Shown: piece by piece, positions 1-12,200 of the stretch | Numbering within the stretch: the stretch's first letter is position 1 | Layout: every line of letters begins with the position of its first letter | Assembly (NCBI RefSeq): GCF_001194135.2 | Contig: NC_068984.1 | Span: 15,231,425-15,295,424, forward strand | Direction: 5' to 3' | DNA from: Octopus bimaculoides | Lineage: Eukaryota | Length of the DNA: 64,000 nt | Program-made: the position numbers and the translations under genes | Notes under the pieces: generated by a model | The model's input: only the letters and a program-made list of their open reading frames with translations | Told to the model about the DNA's origin: nothing | The model's database searches: none

Positions 1-169
1 ACCCAGAACCATGTAGTTGGGAAGCTTCTAACCACAGAGCCATGCCCGCACCTATGAACATATAAAATATATTTCAATTTCTTGGAGAAAAGGGAAGAGA
101 TAAATATATTGAAAGATGTGAAAAATAAAAACAAAAAGTAAACAAGATATATTTTCTTTAATTTCTTTG

Positions 170-196
170 AAGTGTCTGGCTTTTTTTTTTTTTATT
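170..196 (-). terminator. Candidate distal poly(A) signal of NRF1
   Basis: AATAAA on the minus strand at 196-191, followed by a U/GU-rich downstream element (reverse complement of 121-143). No coding exons between here and the NRF1 stop. Confidence 0.35.
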
Positions 197-3100
197 TATC
201 ATTTTTTTTTTTAAGAATTGGTTCATAGACATATTTATAAGCATCTTTTCCCTTTCCACTACTGATGAGTAGAAAAAAAAATACCATCAACCCTTTTTTT
301 GATGGTCCTTTCATTTCACAGAAAAGATAAGAAAACAGTTGTAACCAAAAGCAATTTATTTAGTGTGGAATCCTGCCACATTAAACATGTTGCAAAAATA
401 AAAGAAAAGAGCTGATTTTTAAAAATTATATATATACATATATATAATTATTCCCAACAACATTATTACTATGTAAGTGATAATTTCAAATCAAAACTCT
501 TCTGACAAGTTTAGCACAAAATAAGGAAAATGGTTTTTTCATTAAATCAGCCTTCTATAGAAAGGTGATTTATGTCTTCAGGACTCTGTGAAATAATGGC
601 ATCAGAAGCAAAATATTAGCTTATATTAAAATAGTTTTTAAATGGTTACTTAAAAAATTGCAACCATAATTTGAAATATTTTTCAACATTTTTTTTCTTT
701 TTTGTTGTGGAAGGTAAATAACTACATCGTAGTTCAAATATTTAATAACATAAAGAGTACCTACATATTGAAATATCTAGGAACATGCTGCCTTACACAT
801 GAAAGTTTTACAGTACAAAATTATCTCCTTTCATCATTCATTCCATCATTATTTTTATGTCAGTTGTAGAAACTAATCAACATTATCAATATCTAAACTA
901 TGTTTGCATTCATTTATAAACGTTTTACTAAGGTGTTATTATTCTAAATGATGTTTAAAAATACTGAACCAAGAGTAAGTTCAATGGGGTTTATTTTTTA
1001 TCTCTACATCTATTGAGGTACAATGACTGCACAGTTAACTTATGGTTCTGTGGTTAGAAGTGATTGAGCTCTTAGATTTACAATCATTGTGTTGTGCTCT
1101 TGAGTAGAGCTCTGTTTTTACTTCACAGTTGAAAGCTATAGGAAGAGTAACACTGAAGAAAAAAAAACAAAAAAACATGCCACCAATGCAAGCATGGATG
1201 GCAGAATGGATGTAAAAAGCATAAAAACAAAATGTCATCCAATTACTTATATAAGAACAACTTTAATATTTACTAAACTAAAACGTATTGTTCCATTTGG
1301 GGTTCATGTCATATCTGTCAAAGAGAATACATTTGCATCTGTTGTTTTCTCATATTTGTATGATTTGGCAGTGAGAGAACACAGAAAGGAAAGAAAAGAA
1401 GAAATATTACAGAGGAAGATTCAAAGCTTATGCCTAGGATCAGTTTAAAGTCTTAAAAAACTGTTTCATCACTGACATGAAACCTGATTCACCTGAGATT
1501 TTACAGAAGTTNNNNNNNNNNAAAAAAAAAAAAAAAAAAAAAACATATAAAAAGAACAAACAAAAATAGTTATACAAAAGAAGGCTTAGAAACTAAAATA
1601 CAATAGGATCACCTTCTGCATAAATTTACTGATATGGAATCTTAATTTGGAATTTGTCTGTCTAAATCACAAGGACAGTTCACAACAGCTGTACACGAAA
1701 CCAGGTTTAAAGAATGAAGTAACAAGAATTTTCAACATTGAATAAAAACAATTAGGATTAAGGCAAATAATAAAAATATTGATAATAATCATTATCATTA
1801 TTATTATTATGGACTATTCTAAAAATCACCTGATGGAAATAAATAATTTCGTTGTAAGTACCAGATACGACGCTTTGTAAGAACCAATATAATTTTTCAG
1901 ATCAGGTGGGAAAATATTCATTTAGGAGTTAAGTATTAACAACATCTAATTAAGTACTTGTAGAATTACAGAATATTTTCTAAAAGTTTTTATTTAAAAA
2001 CTGTTAATAGCTAGAGTGAACATTCACCCTAATTTGATGTTAAAAGTTTTCAGATCATGAAACTAATTGCAGATTATATTTTCAATGTTTTTAACAGGAA
2101 AAGAAATGATAAATCTTTACTATTTAGAAGATATATATTGCATCTCTGAAAATCACAATGAGAAGGACTCATTGTGCACTAACATGTAAAGATTATTTCT
2201 GGGCTATTTCATTTAGCAATTTCTATTTGATTGCAAGAAAAATTACTAAATCTATCCCCTAATTCAATGATTTTCCTGAAGTCTATCATTAATATTGCCA
2301 TTAAAATAGGTTTGTGATTGTTGTTAAACATTGCTAATGAGTTTTGAAAACAATTTCTTAATATTAATAACTTCAAAAAGAATGTAAGAACAGTAAAAAA
2401 AATTTTTAATCAATATTTTTATCATTTTTAAAAATTTGGACATTTTAACTAAAATTGAAAAACTGAGCTAGATATAATTTTTGTGGGGGAAAGTTAGGAA
2501 AAAAAAAAAAACATTGACAGGCAATTTGTCTCATTTTGTATATTTTATTTTAATAAATTCCAAAAAAACACTGGTTGAATTAGATTGATATTCAGTAAAA
2601 AAAATTCTCAAAATATCCTAATATTCCACATATGCTCAGAAATGGCAAGAAATGTTATGCATGTATTCATATGTGAATGCAAACACAGTTAACATTTTAA
2701 ATACATGCATAAATATCACCTTCTAATATAAGTGTGGAAGAGCAGTTATATTTTGATGTTGACTTTCACTTCTATGAAATTCTTTCTCTTTAATTTATTC
2801 TATTTTAAATTTATGATGCAGTTAGTTTCACGTATCTTAGGTCAGTCTAATTTTTCAATATTCAAACTATATCTTGTGTACAATTAATGTGAAAGAAATA
2901 TAGTCAAACCTATTTTTGGTGATTTGTCTTCTAAACTATTGGTTTCAAATTTTGGCACAAGGCCAGTAATTGCAAGGAGGAGTTAAGTTGATTGTTTCGA
3001 CCCCACTGATCAACTAGTCTTTATTTTATTGGCCCTGAAAGGAAGAAAGGCAAAGTCGACTTCAACAGAATTTGAACTCAGGACGTAAAGACAGACAAAA

Positions 3101-5179
3101 TACCACCAAGCATTTTGTGTGGCATGGTAACGATTCTGCCAGCTCACCACCCTATTTTCTTCTAAAATATTAACAGTTTTTATTGAACACAACCAAATTT
3201 TTGACATAAAAGTCTGAGAGTCTTTGAATAAAATAAAAAATAATAATTCTATAGTAAACAACAAATGCTCTAAATATGGAATTCTAGTAAAATTATTTTC
3301 TTGATTATACTAAGGCACATTAACTGCTTATAAGTTCAATTTTTTGTTTGAAAAAAAAAGAAAAAAAAAAAGACCATTAAAATTATGAAACAATATTCAT
3401 TACATTACAAAATCTACACTAACATTGAGAGGAACAGATTAATTTTGAAGAATGTCAGTTAACATCTCAGTAAGCTGGACCTGCAACATAAGTTGTTGTG
3501 GTCTGCCCTGATCAAGCAAGGCCTATGATCATTGGCATGCCAACCATGTCCAGCCCATCTTATTTTCAGGTGTAGTGTGCATCAGGCTACATCAATTTGT
3601 GCCCTTTTTCTAAGACGATAAGATGTGATTTAAGGGAGATTTGGCTGCTATTTTGAGCATGTTTAGTTCGTTTTCTTGTCGAGCTATTTTACATTATTTA
3701 CTCTTTGTATCTACAATCTTCATATGTAATCAATGGACTGAAGAAGGATGGCCACCACCAAGCTGATTGCCCCTGATCTGTAGCAATTAAAACTGCACGT
3801 AAAGCATGTTACCATAAAGGTAACGAAGAATCGATCATTTTTAGTGTTGTTGACATTTCTTACTGAACTTGAGAATTACCCCAATATTTCAGTAAGATAT
3901 TTGACATTGTCAAACACTATCACAGGGACAAGAACATCCTTACATCATTGTAAAGTCACAGGCTGTTTATTATTCATAATCTTTAGATGTTAAAGTTCAA
4001 ATGAAAAATTATATTTTAGTTCTTAGTACACTGAAATTGATGAAAAATATTTTCACTTACATTGATAATTCAATTGAAGAAGTTAAAAATATTTTAAATG
4101 ATCAGCTTCACAGATAAATTAAATAAGAATAAAATTTTAAAAAGCAATATTCATAAGGGCAATATCTTAAGGACTTTTAAAATTTGTTCATATGCTATAA
4201 GCTTTAATATTTCAAGTGTGACTATTTCAAATTAAATTTTTTGACACCTTGCTCAGCTGTTAAAAGAAAAATAACAAAAAATATTAATATCATTTAAATA
4301 GATTTCATTAATAAGCTATTTTCAGAAGATTCCAACAGCTGATCACATTATTCCAGTTTGCTAAACTCAAAGAGCAGCAGCAAGCAGTAGCTTCAAAGTC
4401 TCTTAAATTCCATAGCCTCCATGTCTACAAAACTGCACAGACAATTGTAATACAATGTAAAAAAGAAATAATAATCTATTCATAGAAACCATTACTTAGT
4501 TTATAAAAAGAGTCAAGACTCCAACAACAATAAATTTAATGTGAAACAGATAAGGAAAACATCTTAAACAGACATTCAGCCTTCCATTCTTCACACACAT
4601 TCTCTCAATCATGCTAATGTGAGATGGTTGTAGATTTAACAACAATGTCATCAAATTTGTTCCCATGTAAGTCCTCATCTCATATTAATCTTCCCCCATT
4701 TCAACACAGTCTATAATGTGTGAGTGCCATCTATTACACCACACTAGCTCTGTTGGTCATATCAATGGGGATGTGATTTTGAACATGAGCTTCCCTATCC
4801 ACTTTCAAAGTAACCGTAGCCCTATTTTCTTCCATATATGGAACAGGTTATACCAAAATATGTCGGCATCAGATAGGATATTAAAATATTTAAGCTACAT
4901 TTTAGATTAAAATGAAACCAAAATGCCTCTAAGACTTCTACAGAAGAAAACTGAACTTGTAAAGTTCTTAAGGTAAAACAAAATCAATGTGGAGAAATAA
5001 TCAATTATCAAATAAATAACAGAAGGACATTACACAAAAAAAAATATTGTTACATGATTAATAATAATTAATCTGTTTATGTGACTATATGATGTATGAA
5101 TTTTCACAGCCCATTTCAGATTTTGGTCTGGCAGTGAATAGAAGACATTTTTAATTGTTAATTATGTAGTGTATGTATG

Positions 5180-5180
<1 letters not shown>

Positions 5181-5248
<68 letters not shown>
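5181..5248. repeat. (TA)n microsatellite
   Basis: Directly visible. Similar TA runs border several N gaps (9.2, 42.5, 61.5 kb). Confidence 0.95.
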
Positions 5249-5255
<7 letters not shown>

Positions 5256-5817
5256 ATGTGTGGAAAATTGTGTGTAAGTAACTGTAATATAAATATTGTA
5301 ATGTATGTAAAAAGAGAAAAATGTTTACAATAGACACCAACATAATAAGACACTATGGTAAGAACAAATCAAAGAATAAAGTATTCTAGAAGAGAGAAAC
5401 CAGTAGCAATAATGTAAAACAGAACTGAAAAATCAGGCTAATAGACTGTCAGTATCAGAGAAATCTAATAGATTATCTTTGTTCACAGGCCTGAAGTGCA
5501 GACTGGAACACCTAGAATATTTAATAGAAAACAACCCCAAAATATCCAGACATAGTATGTTGATCGGAAGTTAATAGGAATGCTTATCCACAAATATAAA
5601 AATACTAGCGATGAACCGATACAAAGAAGAATGGATGGATGGGAAAATGGACTAATGAAGATGTGAGCTGTTGAATCAATGTATAGTTGATTTGCTTATT
5701 TGCTTGCTTGTACAATTGTCCATTAGCTACATAAAGTAGCATGGAGATGGAAAAAGAGAAAAAGACTAGATGGAAGTATATCACAGATAGAATAAAGTCA
5801 TTCCATTCCGCTGACAG

Positions 5818-6038
5818 TCAGGATTGGTCAACGGTCATTACTTCCATTGTGACATTAGCAACAGTTCCATCTGAATTGGTGATAGAAAGGTGATTATTGT
5901 CATCAATGTTTTGATGTGACAATTCATTGTCCTGGCTTTGAGTAACTGTTGCTATACGATAATTGTTCGGTCCATGAAGATCTGTAGTCTTGAATGCAGT
6001 CATGTTGTGAAACATAGAAACGGGAAATGTTACTATAC
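5818..6038 (-). CDS. NRF1: NRF1 last coding exon (GIVTFPVSMF...MEVMTVDQS*)
   Basis: Acceptor ttttctgttctgcag; TGA at 5820-5818. PVSM and EVMT motifs resemble the NRF1 C-terminus. Confidence 0.9.
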
Positions 6039-8027
6039 CTGCAGAACAGAAAAGAAAAACAAGACAACCATGAGCAAGATGATCTACACATTGGTTACTG
6101 TGCCCTAACAATAAAGTGTACAGCAACTTCATTTATTGTATTTAAGTAAAGCTTCATTTATTGTATTTATTATTAATACAGATCCAGAAAGGAATTAGAA
6201 TGCAAAGGTGATTTTGGTATCAAAAATTAGAATGAATTGTTGATTAACTCCATAAACATGAGAATTTCAATCAGATACAATAATAATTTAATAAACTTCA
6301 TTTCTAAATACTTAATGGTTAAACAAAATATCTAGACACAGTTATCAATAGAATAATGGTTATGAATTTTGGCACGGGACCATTAATTTTAGAGGAAGGG
6401 GTTAAATCAATTACATCAACCCAAGGGCTCAACTGGTACTTATTTTATTGACCCTGAAAGGATGAAAGGCAAAGTCAACCTTAGCAGCATTTGAACTCAG
6501 TGCATAAAGCCAGAAGAAATGCCAAAGCATTTTGTTCCACATGCTAACCACTCTGCTAGCTTGCTGCGTTCGTTATCAATAGAATAATAAAGCTTTCTCT
6601 TTAAGAGTTTACTGAACTCACCACCTAAAGTAGCATCTCCAGTTAATATAATTTGTCCATCATGATTGACTGTGGCCTCAGCTAAGGTTGCTACAGTAGG
6701 TGTGTCACTATCACTGTTCATTTCAACCCGGACTGGGGTTGGATGACCAATACCTGTATTTGCTTCTTGGTGGGTAGCAACATCTGCCAGTGTTTGGACA
6801 GCTTGCGTAGCCTCCTGCTGAGGATTGTCAGGCACCTAAAAAGAAAAGTAAATAAAAACCAGTGAATAAACTGAACAAAAAAAAAAATGACACTCCATCA
6901 GTTACAATGATGACTGCCCCAGTTGAACCAATCAACGGAACAGCTTGCTCGTGAAATTAACATGCAAGTGGTTGAGCCCTCTACAGACATGTGCACCCTC
7001 AACATAGTTCACAAAGATATGACCAGACTGTGACAAGACTGGCCTTTTATATTACAGGTATCACTAAATTTTGCCAGCTGAATGGACTGGAGCAACGTGA
7101 AATAAAGTGTCTTGCTCAAGGATACAATGCAGCTCCAGGAATCAAACTCCTAACATTATGCTCACAAGCCAAATATGCTAACCACAAAGCCATGCACCTT
7201 CACTAGTGAATAAACACACATACAACGATAAAATGGGGTTGACTCAAAAACACACACACACGCACACAAATGAGGGTTGTCTCAAAAACTCACAGACACA
7301 TGTATGTATAATGAAAGTTGACTCAAACTTTGTACTAACCATCTCCAGACACTCAGAGGGAACAAGCAGAATAGTAGGAGACATGCATCACACAATATAA
7401 ACTGCTAATCAAATATGCTGTCCTGACACTACACATCACGCAATGCAAACAACATAGAGACGCAGCCCAATCGTGCTAGGACAGTCTACTTTCCATACTG
7501 GCATGGGTTGAACAGTTTGAGTCAGTTATTATTCAGAGTAATATTGACTTCCTAGATGGGTTAAGGGACCACATTTTACTTGAAGGTCATTAATTTTGGG
7601 ATGCCCTCACTATCACTATTATAGAGTTCACAAGTCACATTTTATCATGGCACCAGCACTAGTGTAATTGCCTTCTTCTACTCTGCTAAACAAAAAAGGT
7701 GTTTTTAGTCCTCACTCTTGTGTTTCGATTCATATGAGGCAATATGGCCAATAGAGAGGAAAGAGAGAAAGAAATCAGAGTATGAAAAGGAAGACAGTGC
7801 TTGAAGGAATAACAAAGAGACAGTATTGGTAATGTAATGATTTACAGTAATGGTGAGGGGAAATGAGAGAGAGAGTTGATGATGGATAGCAGGTGCCAAA
7901 AATGAGTGACCTGAAGGAGTGGGCGTGTAAGCTGTCAAAATAGATGGGCAATAATGTTAGCTGGTAAGAGAGATTATGAGTGATGAGTAGTGAAAATGGT
8001 GAGGATAAGAGAAAGATGGATGGATAT

Positions 8028-8085
<58 letters not shown>

Positions 8086-9224
8086 GCTGGTGGGGTGTTC
8101 AAATCTGATATAACCCCTCGTTTATCAAGCATCATAATGGAGAAGAGAAACTAATGATAGCTATATAATTTCTGTGAGTATGATAGCCAGATAGGAACAG
8201 GTATCTTGTTGTAGAGGAGATATATGACTAATCCTGCTGGAAAAGGAGAAAATATAGTGGTGAGGTAATGGGATGTAACCATTGACGTACAAGAGGGTGA
8301 ATGTAAGGGGGATGGGGACAGAGGATCAGGTAAGTTTGCAAACAATATAAACAGAATTAATCTTTTGCAATTAGACAGAAGTCTCAGCACGAAAGAAAGG
8401 TTACTCACAGCATGAACAACAGTAGCTTGTGTTCCATCAGGTAATGTAACTACAGCACTTCCTGGTGTACCAGTATCGATTTGAATAATGGAAACACTAC
8501 CATCAGGGTTGTTGATTGTCTGCACCATAGTCCCTGTATACTGCTGAGGAGGAGACGCGGGATTCTCTTCAGTAAATTCAGGGAGTAAATCTTCCCGACC
8601 ATGATATTTGTAGCAGTTCTTCACAATTTGTCTTAAAGCATGTGTCCATGATACCTAGACAGCAAGAGTTTAGGCTTTCAGAGATGACCAGGTGAACAAT
8701 TACCATAAAACAATACATTTCAAAGCATTGAAAACTTTTATTGTAATAGATAAAAATAGGATAAATAGTTACAGACAACAATCAATTTACCTAATCAATA
8801 GATTCATACTCTTCTTTATATATATACTATTTTAAACTAATTTAAATACACACATATCATTTAATGTCCGTTTTCCATGCTGGCATGGGTTGGACAGTCA
8901 TACAGGAGCTGGCAAGCCAGAGGACTGTACCAAGCTCTATATACATTGGCAGACAGTACAGCTTGGTGCTGGATGCCCTTCCTATATATATATATAATAC
9001 ACACACACACACACACACACATGTATTCTTTTTACTTGTTTCAGTCATTTGACTGCGACCATGCCGGAGCAGCACCTTTTTAGCCAAACAAATTGACCCC
9101 AGGACTTATTCTTTCAAAGTACTTATTCTATCGGTCTCTTTTGCCGAACTGCTAAGTTACAGGCACGTAAACACACCAACATCGGTTATCAAGCGATGGT
9201 GGAGGGACAAACACAAACACATAA

Positions 9225-9277
<53 letters not shown>

Positions 9278-12200
9278 NNNNNNNNNNNNNNNNNNNNNNN
9301 NNNNNNNNNNNNNNNNNNNNNNNNNNNNNNNNNNNNNNNNNNNNNNNNNNNNNNNNNNNNNNNNNNNNNNNNNNNNNNNNNNNNNNNNNNNNNNNNNNNN
9401 NNNNNNNNNNNNNNNNNNNNNNNNNNNNNNNNNNNNNNNNNNNNNNNNNNNNNNNNNNNNNNCTGCTTTCCATGCTGGCATAGGTTGGACAATTTGACTG
9501 AGGACTGGCAAGCCAGAAGGCTGCACCAGGCTCTAATCTGATCTGGCAGAGTTTCTACAGCCGGATGCCCTTCCTAACGCCAACCACTCCGAGAGTATAG
9601 TGGGTGCTTTTACGTTCCACCGGCATGAGGGCCAGTCAGGCGGTATTGGCAACAGCCATGCTCAAATAGTGTTTTTTACGTGCCACCTGCACAGGAGCCA
9701 GTCCAGCAGCACTGGAAACGACCTCAGTCAAATATTAACGGGCTTCTTTCAGTTTCCGTTTACCAAATCCACCCACAAGGCTTTGGTCGACCTGGGGCTT
9801 ATAGCAGAAGACACTTGCCCAAGGTGCCACACAGTGGGACTGAACTCGGAACCATGTGGTTGGGAAACAAGCTTCTTACCACACAGCCACATATACATAC
9901 ATACACACACACAGATAGGGGAGGGAGGTAGCTGTAGATAGATAAGAAAATAGAAAAAGAAAGAGAAAAGGAAGACAGAAAAACACATAATTTGAAGTAA
10001 AATGCAATTCAAGAATAAATGCATGAAGGTTCTAACTTTACGCTTTTCATCCTCAGTACGGGCATCACTGCGTACATTTGCCCATGGCACATCATCAGGC
10101 CACCAAACAGGCCTATATTCTATTTTACCCCATCCAGGTTTACTGCGACCGGTTGAATACTTTAACATTTCAGGTATAAAAGCACGTAATTGAGCCTGTA
10201 TAAATACAGATATATATAAATATATATATATACTTACAGGAAATCAAAATTTATAATAAAAGATAAGTATTTTATGACAAAATGGAAATGACTTAATACC
10301 TAGTCCCTTATAATCATTTTATAATCTACTCACCCGTTTATGTACAAGTCTTACAGGTCTATATTACATCACTCTTTGATTGTAATCCTTTGTCATCTCA
10401 TCTCAAACCCAATATACTCAGATTTGACCAAACTACATTCTACCAGAGTTTTTTTGTCAACATCTAGTGAGATGTCTTTCACGGTTTGTCCTTTATTAGC
10501 AACACTTTCTTTCAACAGAAGTACAGAATTTCTTATTTATACTATTTCGACACTTACTATATCACATCCAACATTAATTACATTACCTGAGGAGCAGAAT
10601 TTCAATTCTACAGAATACAAAAGTGAGGCAGTTTGTTTAAAGAAGCATAGAAATCTCAGGTTAGTACATCAATTATGAAGATGAGTAATTTCTTCCACCA
10701 ACATATAATATTATATTAAATGTTTGAAAGGTTGTTTTCTGATGTATATCAAAATTTAAACATAAGAGACAAAAGGGATAACTAATTTTAAAATGTCAGG
10801 TTTGGTAAAGACATATATTTTTATATATATGAAAAAAGAAGTTGAAAATGCACTGAGAATAGTTAAAATATTTTTTATTGATATATTTAAAACTTTAACT
10901 GGTTTCACAATTTACACTGATTTTCAAAAAGTTGAAATAAAAAGACATGGCTTCTGTTGCAACTGTCTTGCTTCTGACTAGTGTTTGAAGCTTGCTCTAT
11001 TTTTATAGGGAGTTCATGACTCAAATTAATATATGTTTTGAATCAAATCAAATCCTATTCAAAACAGATACTAATTTTAGCAATGAACTCCCTATAAAAA
11101 TAAGGCAAGCTTCAAACACTAGTCAGAAGTAAGACAGCTGTGACATAAACCATGTCTTTCTATTTCAGCTTTTTGAAAATCAGTGTAAATTGTGAAACTG
11201 GTTAAAGCTTTAAATATATTAATAACAAATATTTTAACTATTCTCAGTGTATTTTCAACTTCCATTTTTCCTATATTTCTACCCACATGGAATAAAATAA
11301 CTTTGTTTTATATATAAATATATAATTTTGACATAGTAAGATGATCACTTAATACTGATTTCAAATTTTGGCACAAAGCCAGCAAGTTCAGGAGATTGCT
11401 TAACTGGTACTTATTTAATCAACCCCAAAAAGATGAAAGCAAAGTTGACCATGGCAGAATTTGAACTCAGAATGTAAAGACAGACAAAATGCCACTAAGC
11501 ATTTTGCCCAGTGTGCTAATGATTCTGCCAGCTTACCACCTTAAACGATCACTTAATATTCTTTTCTACTGAAGGCACAAGGCCTGAAATTTTGGGGGGA
11601 TGGGGGCCAGTCGATTAGATCAACCCCAGTATGCAACTGGTACTTAATTTATCGACCCTGAACGGATGAAAGGCAAAGTCGACATCAGCAGAATTTGAAC
11701 TCAGAATGTAAAGACAGACGAAATACCGCTAAGCATTTCGCCCAGCATGCTAATGTTTCTGCCAATTTGCTGCCTTGATGATCACTTAATATTAAATTAG
11801 ATCAAATTTCAAATTTCAAAGCTTTTTCAGCTACGTATGTATTTGAAATGATACCAAAAAATAAGGTCAGTTATTATTCAATGACTTTGGATGACATTAA
11901 TTAAGCAAAATATACAGCACACAGCAAGTCCTCAAATTTAACACACCCATCAGAATTGGAATTCTCAGAGTTTTATGTCATCTTTCCCATGTTGACATGG
12001 ACTGGATGGTTTTGCTGGGGTAGTGTTTAACAGTTGGACTATTCTTGTCACCAATCCTTTTATAACATACAGGTTTGTGGGGTGTCTCATCTAGAACCAG
12101 TACACACAAGGTAATAATGTAATAACATACCTCATATATAACACAAGTTTGACAGAATGATTTGCAATAATGTCGAGGTTAATAAACTGGATATGTGATT

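Noticed and set aside
262-290. CTGATGAG as a hammerhead core
   Set aside because: No stem II hairpin and no properly placed GAAA follow.
8151-8408. Read-through extension of NRF1 exon 6 to a stop at 8151
   Set aside because: A strong GTGAGT donor at 8408 gives the conserved protein. The extension is low-complexity intron sequence, and a retained-intron isoform cannot be supported without RNA data.
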